From: the human T2T-CHM13v2.0 reference genome, Homo sapiens
Assembly (NCBI RefSeq): GCF_009914755.1
Contig: NC_060925.1
Length of the DNA: 64,000 bases
Reading direction: 5' to 3' (one strand)
Shown here piece by piece: positions 22,045 through 48,340 of the stretch. The notes under the pieces are model-generated. The model was not told the origin of the DNA. It saw nothing but the letters and a program-made list of their open reading frames with translations, and searched no databases. Numbering within the stretch: the first letter of the stretch is position 1; each line of letters starts with the position of its first letter. Position numbers and translations under genes: made by a program.

Positions 22045-22244
22045 TTTTTAATTTAACTTTTAAGTTCAGGGTTACATGTGCAGGTTTGTTGTATAGGTAA
22101 ACTTGTGTCATGGGGGTTTGTTGTACAAATTATTTTGTCACCCAGGTATTAAGTCTAGTACCCGTTAGTTATTTTTCCTGATCCTCTTTCTCCTCCCAAC
22201 CTCCACCTTCCAATAGGCCCCAGCATGTGTTGTTCCATTCTATG
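22045..22244 (-). mobile_element. L1PA (older primate, PA13-16-like) 3' terminal 200 bp
   Basis: aagttcagggttacatgtgcaggtttgtt...ggtaaacttgtgtcatggggg; TSD aggacaccatctc/aggacactgtctc. Confidence 0.9.
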
Positions 22245-22421
22245 AGGACACTGTCTCCTGATGGTGAAAAGATAACCCACAGAATGGGAGAAAATATTTA
22301 CAAATCATAGATTGGATATGGGACTTGTATTCAGAATAAAGAAGAACAACAAAAAAACCCCACTGACTTGTATACTTTAAAAGTGAATTTTACGGTATGT
22401 GAATCACATATCACTAAAGCT

Positions 22422-22730
<309 letters not shown>

Positions 22731-22785
22731 ATAAAGCTGTTTTTTTTTTGTTTCTTTTTGTTTTGTTTTGTTTAAGAGTTGGGGA

Positions 22786-23160
22786 TTGTTAGATGGAAAA
22801 TACTCCTATCTTTCCCTTTCATGGGAAAGGCATCCATAGTGTAACACTCCTGGCTTCTCTCTGCTTCCCCTGAAAGAGGCAAGTGACTGAATCCATCCAT
22901 GAGTCTGTGATAAAGAACTGGTATATGCAGCTCTGCACACTTCTCTCCTAAAGGATGCATTCTGCCTGTCTCTGTATGCCTTAAGTTCTACTTCATCAGG
23001 CACTGCCTGTGAATCCATGGTTAAGCTGATGCAATTCTGGGGTCAGTACTTGGGTGCACACCTATCGACAGACATAGGTCACTCTCTCTAAATCAGCTTT
23101 ATCAATAATAAGGCTGCTATTTTGGTCTTCATATGCGTTATTTCTTAGTCTTATTTCTCA
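22786..23160 (+). mobile_element. Possible ancient solo LTR, family unassigned
   Basis: TG...CA ends (tgttagat...ttctca) and AATAAA about 50 bp before the 3' end; no TSD seen. Confidence 0.35.
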
Positions 23161-23347
23161 AATGGTTCAGAGCTTTTTCAAGCAAAGAGAGTACTATTTA
23201 TAGACTACTCTTCTAAGAATTCCCGCAGCACTGAGAGCGTGATATGAGTGCCACCAAATAGCCACAGGTATATCACAGACACGCTTAGTCTGGAGAGGTA
23301 GCATGGAGCAATTAAATGAGTCAACAGACCTCATTTCTTCTTCTAAA

Positions 23348-24895
<1,548 letters not shown>

Positions 24896-25095
24896 CTTTT
24901 CAGCTTACCATTTAGCCACTTGCTAGCCCCATGACCTTACACCAGTCACACTTCCCTCTTATATTAAGTAGAAAGAAAAACAGTAGCTATGATACAAGGT
25001 TGTTGTGAGGATTAAACTTGATGATTAGTTAAGTCAGTGGTTCACCGGAGGCTCTGAAAAAATTATGACTATTATTAAGTTCAATTAAACATACA

Positions 25096-26014
<919 letters not shown>

Positions 26015-26226
26015 CATGCGTTTAGTTACTGGAAACCCGAAAATGAAAGATTCTGTACCTACCCTCACTCCCAATGCAGAAAACTTAGTCAAAGCTTTCA
26101 ACAAACTCTCAGGTAACAGCAAGAATTTGGGAGAATCAGTAGGTCCTGTTATCTGATTGGACAACAAACGAAGAGTCAAAGACAATGGACAGTTGGTCTC
26201 AGTATGGAAACCATCCAGGAGATTAG

Positions 26227-26642
<416 letters not shown>

Positions 26643-27155
26643 GAGATGTTTTTAAAATGTCCAAAGTTTCTCAGGGGAAAAACACTTGATGCTGTGATGT
26701 TAATCACATCACCTCCCCAGGCCTGTTTTCCCACCTGCTTTCCTCTCACTGAGCCCTTTCTCCCCATAAGGACCTCTCCAGGCACAAGGGCCATGACCCT
26801 GATTCTTCTCAGCTTCTAGGCAGCAGAAGAAATAGCTCAGGGACCCTGTGCAACACAGAACAATGAAAATTCTGAAAAAATGCTGGAACCAACATGAAGA
26901 GAAAAGTCAGGGAGCATAAAAGGAGAGAAGCTACCACTGAGTTCCTACTGGGCAAGGGGCTATGCTAGATGTTTTCAAGAGTGAGAAATTGTTGCAAGAT
27001 TTAAACATGTGTCCACGCAACATTTGGCTCAGGGGCTGGCACACAGTATGTGCACAAAGAGTAAAATAAATTTTTGCTGTACTATTTGTATTATATCTCT
27101 TTTAATCCTCACAATACCTTGCAAGCTAGGCTCCAACTGAGAAGCAGTTTGGTAG

Positions 27156-27860
<705 letters not shown>

Positions 27861-28079
27861 CACTTTACTTTTCTGAGTCTTGGTTTGCACATCTATAAAG
27901 AGGGGGAAACAATGAGAGCTACCAAACAAAGATTCATCTAAAACCCTCGATGTAGGTCCTGGCACACAGTAACTGCTCAATAATCATTATTCTTAATAGT
28001 ATTGGAAGAAAGAACACAGAAGTTCCAGAGGTTAGGTCATTTATCCAAGTTCACATAGCCAAGTAGAATACACTCATGG

Positions 28080-29595
<1,516 letters not shown>

Positions 29596-29596
29596 A

Positions 29597-30060
29597 TGTA
29601 TCAGTCAGGGTCCCAAGTGAAAACAGATGACACACTAAAATTAGAATAATTTGAAGAGGGTTTATTTACGATGGTGTGAGTGAGTGCACAGAAACCATAG
29701 GGACAGCACAGTGGCCCGGGGCTAGCAACACTTGAGGAGCTGCCACCACCCTTAGGCCTGAAGGGACAGGGGAGAGCATTTCCTGAGGGAGGGAATTTTG
29801 GAAAAGAGGCCTCCTTAAGAAGAGCTGTGACTGCCCATCAAGGATACCCTGTCAACCTGTAGAGGGAGCAAGGGAATAACTACCCAACTTCTCTCCCTTC
29901 TGGCCCCTCAGACCCAGTGTCCCCAGTGGCTGAGCCCAAGAAGGAGCCAGAAGGCAAAGCAGCCTGCTGATGTGTCCAGACAAGGCAGACACAGAACAGG
30001 ACAGAGAAGAGTGAAGCGTGGGTCTGCAGGGGCAGATGGGAGATGGCTGGCTCTCCCAGA
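29597..30060 (-). mobile_element. ERVL LTR (LTR41/LTR33-like)
   Basis: tgtatcagtcagggtcc...aaacagatgacacact...aaggagccagaaggcaa. Confidence 0.75.
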
Positions 30061-30104
30061 AAGCAGCACAGCCTGGTCTGACTGTCTCTCCACCAGCCCC
30101 GTGA

Positions 30105-30893
<789 letters not shown>

Positions 30894-31484
30894 AGACCAG
30901 AGTTTTCAAACTCTCATCATTCCCTTTGGTCTTTTCTATACATCTGTGTCCCTCCTTCCCTAGAGAAGACCCTATAGGAGGTTGGAATTCTGAGAATCTG
31001 GAAAGAATCCACAGACCAGCCCAGCTTACTTTGCAGGAGGTAGAAGCCTCTAGCTCAGCCTCCCAGTGACCAGAATCCTGGGCTGACCCTCAGGCCTCAC
31101 CCTGCCAGTTCCCTTGCCCCACAGACATCTCTTTGCTTGCCACTGTGGCCCCAGTCACCACCAGACAGCAGCTCCGTGACTTTCCTTTCTCTCCATAGGA
31201 GATGTCTGTTTCCTTCTGTAGCCAAGCCAGAGAAGGTTCTGGGATTCCCCACTACTGGCAGAAGCCCACAAGTGCCCTGAGGACGGGGCTGAGTTGCATC
31301 CAAGTATCTCACTTTGGTCACGCAGACACCTGTTCCCTCTTTCTTTTATTCCCAAGACACTCACCCTAATCTTCATTGCCAAAATGAGTTACTCTCCACC
31401 TTTCAAATCCAGTTTAAACCTTAGAATCTTTCAGTTTCAACACCAGAGGACATACAATTTAAAAAATTAAAAAAATTAAAAAAC

Positions 31485-31832
<348 letters not shown>

Positions 31833-32163
31833 TCAGAAAGCCTTCCTCATCAGTTCTTCCGACTCCACTCTTGCTATTATGACAATTATTATCAGAAGGA
31901 CTTCTGCACATAAATACCTAATAATAGCAACTAACATGTACTAAGATGTACTAAGTGCTATCAGCCCATCGCTGAGCTATTTGCAATACAGAAACCATCT
32001 CATTTAATTTTTACATCCACCTTGTAAGATATGTGCTACCGATATATAGAATATGTTGTGATTGGTAGCCCTGGACTGTACCATGAAGCGACCTTAGGAG
32101 CAATTACTTTATCCATTTCCATGGAAAAAAGTGAGGCTCGGAAAGGATAAATTACTAGCTTAA

Positions 32164-32637
<474 letters not shown>

Positions 32638-33069
32638 TGAATTTTCTGTGTAACGTGGTTATATACGTGCTAGAATCGCAGTCAGTGAACTTAATATGCA
32701 AATGAAATACTCTGTACACTGTAAACAATGTTACCTCTCAAGTTTTTGCAGCAAACACCACCATTATCCCTTTGGAGTTAAACCCGCTTGGCTACCACCC
32801 TTGCTGTCAAACCCCCATGAGATGCCAAACACTTGAAAAGGGTTTCATCGGAGATGTCAGTGTGAGATTAAGAACACACAACAGATGAAATAGAGAAAAC
32901 AAGGGAATTCACTAGCAGTTACTGGTAAGACGCTCAGGCTATTAGCCTGTCACACTCCCCACTGCCAGCAAAGCCATCTTTAGCCACTTGGAAACCTGGC
33001 CTTGCTTTCACTTCCTTTGTGAAATGTCCCGGGTGGTATTTTCCCCACAGTGTAAACAAGTCCTTTTAC

Positions 33070-33563
33070 ATTAATCAATTCATTTAATTCTCACAAAAAC
33101 ACTATAAAGTAAGTACTGTTATCATCTCCATTTTACAGATGACGTAACTGAGGCACAGAGAGTCTAAGCAGTTTGCTCAAAGTCACATGTGACATATGGC
33201 AGTGCTAGATTCAAACCCTTAAGTTACTGCGGAATCTGTGCTCTCAAAAACTACTACTCAGGCTGGGCGCAGTAGCTCACAGCTGTAAACCCAGCACTTT
33301 GGGAGGCTGAGGCAGGCAGATCACCTGAGGTCAGCAGTTCGAGACCAGCCTGGCCAACGTGGCAAAACCCCGTCTGTACTAAAAATACAAAAAAATTAGC
33401 CGGGCATGGTGGTGCATGACTATAATTCCAGCTACTCAGGAGGCTGAGGCAGGAGAATCACCACTTGACCTGGGAGGCAGAGGTTGCAGTGAGGTGAGAT
33501 CACACCACTGCACTCCAGCCTGTGCGACAAAGTGAGACTCCGTGTCAAAAAAAAAAAAAAAAA
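33070..33563. mobile_element. MIR(-) 33070-33250 plus AluS(+) 33260-33563
   Basis: ccattttacagatgacgtaactgaggcacagaga; Alu TSD ctactactc. Confidence 0.9.
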
Positions 33564-33739
33564 ACCACATACACACACACAAAAACCCCTACTACTCTGT
33601 AGTTTGACAACAAAGCTAAATGAAGATAATTAGAAAATCCACTATTGCACCAGAATTGCAAAAGGGCTGTGGAGATATGTTTTTTTGTAGAATCTATGTG
33701 CTTTAGTAATGTGGAAGGGAGATCTCCCACCAAAATGTG

Positions 33740-34090
33740 TGGTGAGGTAGGCCTGGGTCACTCCCCAGACCAGGATCCCCCAGGCTCCAGGCTTTCATCT
33801 TAGCCCTGTAGTAACCCCCTCAGAAAAAGAATGCTTCTTTCCCATTTGTTCCAGCAAAAATCCTAAGATTGCTCTGATCAACTACCTTGGTTCTGTGCTT
33901 AACATTGACCCAGTTACAGAACTAAAGGATGGAATATGCTGACTTGTCGGGCCTGGGTGATATGCACATCCTTCTCTGCAGCCACACCCCAACACACGGA
34001 GCAAGAATGGAGAGATGGCTCCTAGCGAAAACTAGACTACTGAGAGGAGGGGAAAGAATGCTGAGCAGGCAAAACAACAGATGATCCAGG
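33740..34090 (-). mobile_element. MaLR LTR (old MLT1) fragment
   Basis: ttccagcaaaaatcct...ggatggaatatgctgacttgtcgggcctgggtgatatgc. Confidence 0.6.
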
Positions 34091-34099
34091 GATTCAGGC

Positions 34100-36580
<2,481 letters not shown>

Positions 36581-37439
36581 GGGGGTGAAGGAAAGTTTAT
36601 CCCCTCTTCCCAAAGCCAAAATTAGTACTGATCCAGGGACTGTGGATGCTTTACAATTTGTGATATGATGTGACAGTTTCATGAGGCCCATCTTGATGAA
36701 GTTCCCCAGGACAAGAGCCTCTCTTTTGATTGTTTTCTCTACTGTTCCAAAGCATCTATACTGGGGCTCAGATCACAGCAGGCCCACAATGTCTGTGACT
36801 CAGTATCTGCTTGGAACAGCACACCCAGCCCTTCAGTGTTCAACTCGACACTCACTTCCTGAGTGTCTGCTCTATGCCAGGCCTTGTGCTGAGAGCTAGA
36901 GGTACAAACACAAGTAAGACAACCATCCCTACACTTGAAAAGTGGCCAAGCAAGAGGTGGGTACCCCAGGATGAAGGACAGGAACTTGCAGCAGCCAACC
37001 CATCCATCAACACATGTAAAATAATATTAGTAACAAATAACCACCATTTATGAACTGCCAGGTGCTTTATGGTGTAACAGATTTTTTTTTTCTTAATTGC
37101 TATTTTAAACCACAACTGCCTGCAGCTACTTTTGTCTATTAGGGGAGTGGCACAATTTTTCTCTGGGTAGAGGGTTCTTTGTTTGGGAAAATACTTCATA
37201 AGTTGCTTTGGCATGAAGAATGAAGCTCTCCAGAGCTAGGGCAAGACAAAGACAGCTGAACTGCTTTGCAAATTAGAGAAAAATGTGGCAGCAGAGGGAG
37301 CGGGGGGTCTAAACGCAGAAGGAAGGGAGACATTAGGAGATATAGTTAGAGAGATCTATGTTGCTTTTGTTTTCCCAGGCTCAGTGCTTTAGAGAACCAT
37401 CCCTTTGCCTTACTAATCTTACTTATTCTTCAGGTTTTA

Positions 37440-38548
<1,109 letters not shown>

Positions 38549-39367
38549 GCCAAGAACCTAATTTCTATCGTAGGTCAGGTTCCCGTGGTATCCTGCTGTC
38601 CTCCTTTGTGACATTTGGTACCTTTGGAATTGCCTGCCCGTTGACTTCCCCATCCCTCCACCTCCTGCACCCACTCTGTTCCCCTTGGCTCCAAGACTAC
38701 AGGGACCAGGAACGCCTAGCAAAGTGCTTGGTTTAGCAGTTGACCAAATGAATGAGTTCTCCCACCTTCCAATGACTTTTCTCTTGCCTGGGTTTTGATT
38801 CTTCCAGAGAAAGGAGAGAACAGCTCAGCTCCATCTGTGTGTGCCGCCCAGGCCTGGCTCACACAGTTCCTGCACATTCCCCACCCAGGGCAGGGTGAAG
38901 ATGCCCTCTTTCTTGTCCTGGAGAGAGATGTAAAAGCAGTAGCTCCTGCTGTCTTCACTGCCTCAGCCCTGGGGGACACCAAAATGCCTGAGACCACAAC
39001 AACCTGTGAGAGGTGTGAGCAGGTGGCAGAGCCAATTACAGGAACAGGACTGGGCATTCTGGCTGACCTTGGCAGAAGCTTCTCTTCCATCTTCCTTTTA
39101 TTTCTAGCAGCTGGGGGAGGAGGGAATGAAGCCCTAATTGCTTTCACCTTGAGAAAAATCTGCGGCTGACCATGTGCAGAGAGAATCATTCTGTCACACA
39201 GCAGGGGGGCTCGAAATTAGATCAGATCAGGAAGGCTGGCGTTTTCCCTGAGGCTCTCGACTAACGACCAAGGGGAAGAGAGGCACTTGGCCTAACGCCC
39301 CTCCTCACTCTGCCCTACCAGTCACACAGTGATAGCTGAGCTCTTCTCTTCTGCCCAGAACTCCACA

Positions 39368-39377
39368 GGGAACTCCC
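39368..39377 (+). promoter_or_regulatory. NF-kB consensus site
   Basis: GGGAACTCCC fits GGGRNYYYCC, within the longest repeat-free island. Confidence 0.3.
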
Positions 39378-39951
39378 CATGCCTGCCCCCTCCCCACCCA
39401 GGCTGCTGTGACTAACGTGTGCCTTCACTAGGTCTTGCCCAGGCCACAACTCAGGCTGCTGGGTGAGAACTAGAGCTATTCTCACAGGCCCCCAACTGCC
39501 AGGCAGATGCCTCTGTCGACCCAGCCAGCCTGTCCCTGCCGAGTTCAGACAGGAAGGCGAGGCTGGCCCCTGGAACTACCAGGGAGAGACATCGGCCAGC
39601 CACATATGCCTGATTCTGCCCAGACACTTCTAACAATTGAGGCAGTGGGTGAACTCGCATGCTTTCTCCATCCCCGATGAAAAGCAAGTTCAAAAGCCAC
39701 ATACTGTCCTCAAGCCCTGGGGGAAGCCAGGACCCTGACAAAGAGGAGGCATTGTAACTCGATAGAGCAGTCTTGAGTGATACTGATGCAGTAGAGTCAA
39801 CCACCACACACTCAGCATTGGAGCCACCGAGAATCATCCAGAGCGCATGTGATACTGACGTTAAGCAATTAATGGCATACAAAGCTTCAGAGCACTAGCT
39901 GGTCACCTACTGGATCCCGAGTAGAAATTTTCTGTAAGAAATTCTGGGGAA

Positions 39952-40560
<609 letters not shown>

Positions 40561-40794
40561 ATTCTGAGGAGGCAATAGAAACTGATAGCTTCATACATAG
40601 CCCACTGCAACAACTTTCTGGCTATGTGACTTCGATGGTGTCACTTAACCTGTCTGAGCTTCAATTTCCTCACTGCAAAATGAGATTAATAATACCTACC
40701 TCAAAGGGCTGCCATGAGAATGAAGTTAATATATGTAAACTATTTAGTGCAGCATGTTGCTCAGGAAGTGCTCACTAAACGGTCACTGTCCATA

Positions 40795-41440
<646 letters not shown>

Positions 41441-41809
41441 CATATTATTATTATGGAGCCATCAGTGCACACTGCAGTATGGACACTGAGGAGAGATGGT
41501 GTATGGTGGGGACTTTACGACCATGCAGACCTGGTGTGAAATCCTGTTTTCATTATTTCTGCCTTATGTGGCCTTGGGAGAGTTAATTAATTTCTTTAGG
41601 TTTCAGTCTCCCTCTGTAGAAAGGTATCGATAACACCTACCTTGTCAACAGGATAAAGTCCTGTTATTACCAGGGCCCAAGCATGCAGAAGATGCTCAGG
41701 AAATATTAGCTGCTGTGGGTACCGAATCATCATCCTCTTTCCGGCATCCTTCACCTTTTTCATGTGGTAGTTTTTACAGAGAGGTGACAGTCTCCTCAAA
41801 GTGATTTAC

Positions 41810-42720
41810 TGTGGAGGAGCATATTGATTTTTTTCAAAGCCAGTGGTCCCTTTCCTGTCCTGATTCTTCTTGTCATCTCTACTATTTGACCTGGTGGCCA
41901 CCTCTGAGACCTCCTCCCCCTTGGTTTTCTTGACTCCAGTACCCCAATCTTTGCTTCTCTCTCTCTGTCTCTCTCTCTCTCTCCTCCCTTCTTCACAGTA
42001 TCTTCAGCTTCCCTAGCCTATTCCACAGTCCTGTGGCCCCCGCATTCTACCTGTTCTCCCCAAAAGAAAGACTATGTCGTCACCAAAACCAAGCTCAGCC
42101 TGCCATTCCTCCTGATCTCAAAAGTATCATTATTCTCCTGGCCACCCCGACATAAAGTCCCAGATCCTTCTCTTTTTTCTTTCCTCTCTTTCTGAATCCA
42201 GTCAATTGCCATCTGCTTTTTCCTTCAAAATATTTTTCATATCCATCTCCTTCTTTTCCATTTTCCCTCTTGCCAATATCAACTCAGGCCTGATCTAGTT
42301 TAAACGTCCAGTTTCCCATCCATTCTGAGTATCGCAACCTCACCAAAAGTATCACTTGAAGCTCACCATCAGATATTCTTTTCCTACCACCCTTCCATCT
42401 CTATTCGAAATCCTATTAAGACTTTTTCCTTCCTACAGTAGATTCAAGAGCATTCAAGATCTTCCATACCTAGATTTTCTAGAGTTGGCTTTCCATTTGG
42501 CCCCAATCCAGATCCTCCATTCTGTTCATTCCTTATCCACCATGTCCATCTCCTCTCCTTTGCATTTGCATCCTCCTCTGCTTGGAGTCTCTTCCCTCCA
42601 TTTCCTCTCCTATTCAAATTTCACCCATCCTTCAAGGCCTAGCTCAAAACTCAACTCCTTCCTGAAGGCTTCCCTGACCACTCTGGTCAACAGTGGTCAC
42701 TTCCTCTGAGTTCCCTTTGA
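41810..42720 (+). mobile_element. Highly decayed L2 fragments
   Basis: Pyrimidine-rich; cccatccttcaaggcctagctcaaa...ccttcctgaaggcttccctgacc. Confidence 0.6.
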
Positions 42721-43588
42721 TGGTGTTGGGGGTGTAGGGGTGGTGGTGGTGAAGAGCTGAATGTCTGAGGAACTGGTCAGTGCTTGCTGGATCACCTGCC
42801 TGTGCCTTCAACGTATACCTGAAGGCAGAGATGGTCTCTCCCACATCCTCCTGGATGACACAGCACAGTGATTTGAAAACAGACTTGTGTTCAAATCCTA
42901 ATCTGTCACTTTCCCACTGGTTGTAACCCACCCTCTCCAAGCCTCATTTTTCTCATCCAAAATATAGGGGTCATAAAGGCCTTATACAGTGGTGAAGACT
43001 GAATTATAATGTAAGCAAACGACATGGCACAATGCTTTGCATACAACCTAGAAAGGTAGGAATTATTACAGTTCCTGGCACCCTGCAGTCTAAACATTAT
43101 TTTTGCAGCCTTGCTCATTTGCATAGCCAAATAGTAATTTATATAGACTGTGACATTTCACTATAGGTATATCTGCTTCCCAAACCTCTTGCTTTTCCCA
43201 ACTTTCCATTTTTATAAATGCTACCACTGTTCCAAGTCTCCCAGGAGCAAACCTTGGCAATGTACTCAGCTTTTTCTGCTCTTTCATGGGCCAAACCCAT
43301 TGGCACTTAACCATGAGCTGTCTCTAACTGTTCTGAGATGTCTTAACTCCCCATTGGGACTGTGCATGCTTTGAGAGCAGGAACTATGACCTGCACTGCC
43401 TTGGTATCTATTACACTAGCTTAGAGCAGGGACTCAATACAGATTTGTTTTCTAAAAAAATCCTATCAACAAACTACAGGGGCAGCCGTGAAGGAGGTAT
43501 GACAGCAATCTAAAAAAAGAATAAGATATTCTGTAATTATGTTTTATCCTCTCCTCTTTCTCTAATTCATGTATTCCTCCTACTCATT

Positions 43589-44506
<918 letters not shown>

Positions 44507-45120
44507 CCTCCTACTCATTCTTTAAGGCCCAAATCAATATTCTCTCCTCCAAGGTCTGCCATAAGCATTATTTCCTTTTTTCTTTTATTTATACTACATA
44601 TTTAATTGCATAGGGATTTTACCAAATTTTTTAAAATTAAAAATTGAAAAAATTAAAATAATGTAGAACTATGTAAAGTGATTATAAAGCTTTTTCTCTT
44701 CTCCCCAGTTCTCAAAGGTAACAACTGGGAACACTTTGGTGGGTTTCCCTCCAAATCTTTTTTCTGTTACGCTGGAAATTAATATACTAAGATAGAATAT
44801 GAAAATAATCTTTTAAAAATAATTATGTTTATTGTAGATTTTATGTGCCCAAATTGGCTATTTTGAGGTCAGGGGAAACTAAATAAATCCAATATGTGAA
44901 ATAAATGAGAAAACTTCAAATCTGTTCCATAGCACCTTAATAACTCTGTTAGAGAGTACTTACCATACCGTGCAGCTTATGTACACATCTGTATCCCAGT
45001 TGGCTTGTATGACAGGCAGCAACTCCCGTTAATTTTTATATCCCAAATACCTAATTTGCACATAGTAACTGCTCAATAAATTTATTTTATTTTATTTTTA
45101 CATTAAAAAATTCTTTTTTT

Positions 45121-46014
<894 letters not shown>

Positions 46015-46084
46015 TAATTTATTTTTAATAATAAACTCAAGTTTATTTCAGTAATTTTGCAATTCACCATTAAATGATCGATCT

Positions 46085-46365
46085 ATCATTCAGGGTCTTA
46101 GCAAGAAACTGAACTAAACTCAGATAATTCAAGAAACTTTAATGAAGGGAATATTCAAGAGATATGGGTAGAGTTGAGGGAACCAAAATGGGAGGTTGAG
46201 GCAGCCAGAGGCTAGCAATAGCAGGAAGCCACCACGACTGTGCTTGCTCAAAAAGGCAAGGGGAGGAAATGCAGTTTCCTTGAACCCAATGACACGCCAA
46301 GCCCTGGAAGAGGGGCCACAGACAGGAGCTATTGTCTTGGAAGGAAGTAATCATTGCCAGAAAAA
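46085..46365 (-). mobile_element. ERVL LTR fragment (LTR33/41-like)
   Basis: tcagggtcttagcaagaaac...ttaatgaagggaatattcaaga...gctagcaatagcaggaagcc. Confidence 0.65.
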
Positions 46366-46376
46366 AATTAAGATGT

Positions 46377-46675
46377 GGCTGGGTGTGGTGGCTCACGTCT
46401 GTAATCCTAGCCTTTGGGAGGCCAAGGTGGGTGGATCACCTGAGGTCAAGAGTTCGAGACCAGCCTGGCCAACATGGCGAAACCCCGTCTCTACTAAAAA
46501 TATAAAAATTAGCTGGGTGAAGTGGTGCGCACCTGTAGTCCCAGCTACTCAGGAGGCTGAGGCAGAAGAATTGCTTGAACCTGGAAGCGGAGGTTGCAGT
46601 GAGCCAAGATTGCGCCACTGCACTCCAGCCTGGGTGACAGAGCAAGACTCCATCTCAAAAAAAAACAAAAAAAAA
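46377..46675 (+). mobile_element. AluS
   Basis: Full sense Alu. Confidence 0.93.
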
Positions 46676-46684
46676 TCTCTACTG

Positions 46685-47620
46685 TAGCTACAGACCCTGC
46701 CACAGTGAGATGGTCATGAGGCTGAGTTGGTCCTCATAGCTGCCTTCTTCCACTCTCTAGTCCATGTTCCCCTCACCCTTTGCCAACATGTTAGCCAGAG
46801 GAAATTCTTTACTCAGTGGAATGAACCAAACCTTCATTTCCACAGGATTCAAGCCATAAGTGGTCCTGTCTTTATTGCTTTGCTATAGTTTTACATTGAT
46901 AGTTATTAGGTATGGGAGTACTAAGAGGTACCCTAGTGTATCCACTGGGAATAAGCATAGGTCTTCTTGCCCCTGTTGGTAGCAGCAACCTAATTTCCAT
47001 GCAGGATTAATCACCCTAGCCAATAGTATAATAAACTCCTTATCTGCCATTGGCTCAGTAGTACTAAGAGTCCAAAATGACCAGTGGAAAGTCTCAGCTT
47101 CCAAATTACAAGAACCAATGTAATGTCTGTGTTCCCTGAAGGAAGCGTTTCTCCCTTGGGAAATAGGACTTCCAAACCTACCGAACCCAGAGTTGCAGGG
47201 ACAAAAAGGAAAAAAAACATATGAGTTATTAAGTAGAAATGTGAGAAAGATCACTCCCACTCCCACCCTGGATGCAGACGGTACTGTATACTGGTGACTT
47301 GTTTAAGGCATATGCCACATCCTTTGACATCACCTCAAAACTTGTCTTTCTCTTTTGTTTTCTTTTTGTGGAAACAGGGTCTCACTATGTTGCCCAGGCT
47401 GTTCTCAAATTCCTGGCCTCCAGCTGTTTTCCTGCCTTTGCCTCCCTAAGTGTTGGGATTACAGGTGTGAGCCGTCATGCCCGGCTGATATCACCTCAAC
47501 TTTCAGGTTGCTGTCTCCTTGATGGCATTCCCAGGAATCAGCTGGCTGTGACTTCCTAAGCCATTCCTACACTATCCAGAGTTTGTCTTAAGGTGTGACA
47601 TCTGAATTGGAATTTTTCGC
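46685..47620 (-). mobile_element. ERVL internal remnant: integrase C-terminus plus dUTPase-like region (decayed); antisense FLAM at 47350-47486
   Basis: ORF 47011-47220 (VPATLGSVGLEVLFPKGETLPSG...WKLRLSTGHFGLL) matches ERV-L pol/dUTPase; DVAYALNKSPVYSTV upstream. Confidence 0.85.
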
Positions 47621-48040
47621 TGGTGGCTTTACCACCTCTCTATGAAAGTGTTCAAGGGATATTCTGGTTATTTGAGAACACTTTATATTTTCATCACCAA
47701 AAACAAAACCAAGAAAACCATAACCACTCTTATTTTGTAATTTTCTTTTTAAGTTATACAGGGCAGACCCCTACCTCAGATACTTGGGTTTTGCCATGCA
47801 ATTGATGCCTAATTATCACTCATATCCCTGCTCTCATGGCTTCACCCCACACAGTGGAGAATATGTCCGCTAGGCCTATTTCGGCATTTTTCACAGAGAT
47901 GTTTTAAATTTGCTATTAAGAACAATTGCAAATGACAATGTGGTAATTATTTCTGTGGATTCATAAACTGTGATATGCTCTGTAACACATCAACAAAGTG
48001 TCAAGTGGGTTTTGTGTTGGTCAAGAAAAAAAGATAATGA

Positions 48041-48340
48041 GGCCAGGTGCAGTGGCTATCGCCTGTACATTTTGGGAGGCCAAGGTGGGCAGATCACATG
48101 AGGCAAGGAGTTCGAGACCACCCTAGCCAACATGGAGAAACCCCATCTCTACTAAAAATACAAAAAATTAGCCAGGCATGGTTGCACATGCCTGTAGTCC
48201 CAGTGAGGCATGAGAATCACTTGAACCTGGGAGGCGGAGGTTGCAGTGAGCCAAGTTCATGCCACTGCACTCCAGCCTGGGTGACAAAGCTAGACTCTGC
48301 CCCGCCTCCCCCACCCCCAACGAAAAAGAAAAGAAAAAAG
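48041..48340 (+). mobile_element. AluS with a small internal deletion
   Basis: gtagtcccag|tgaggc junction; TSD aaaa(a/g)gataatg. Confidence 0.92.

Noticed and set aside
39196-39212. CTCF-like cagcaggggggctc (and caccagaggggcc on the minus strand near 8203-8216)
   Set aside because: An extra G displaces the conserved GGC core, so the match is poor.
39775-39862. Repeated GTGATACTGA suggesting a C/D-box snoRNA
   Set aside because: No RTGATGA box C and no terminal stem.
39451-39882. 143-aa non-Alu ORF (also 38716-39189 and 38795-39169)
   Set aside because: No recognisable domain, non-ATG or weak starts, and lengths compatible with chance in GC-balanced DNA.
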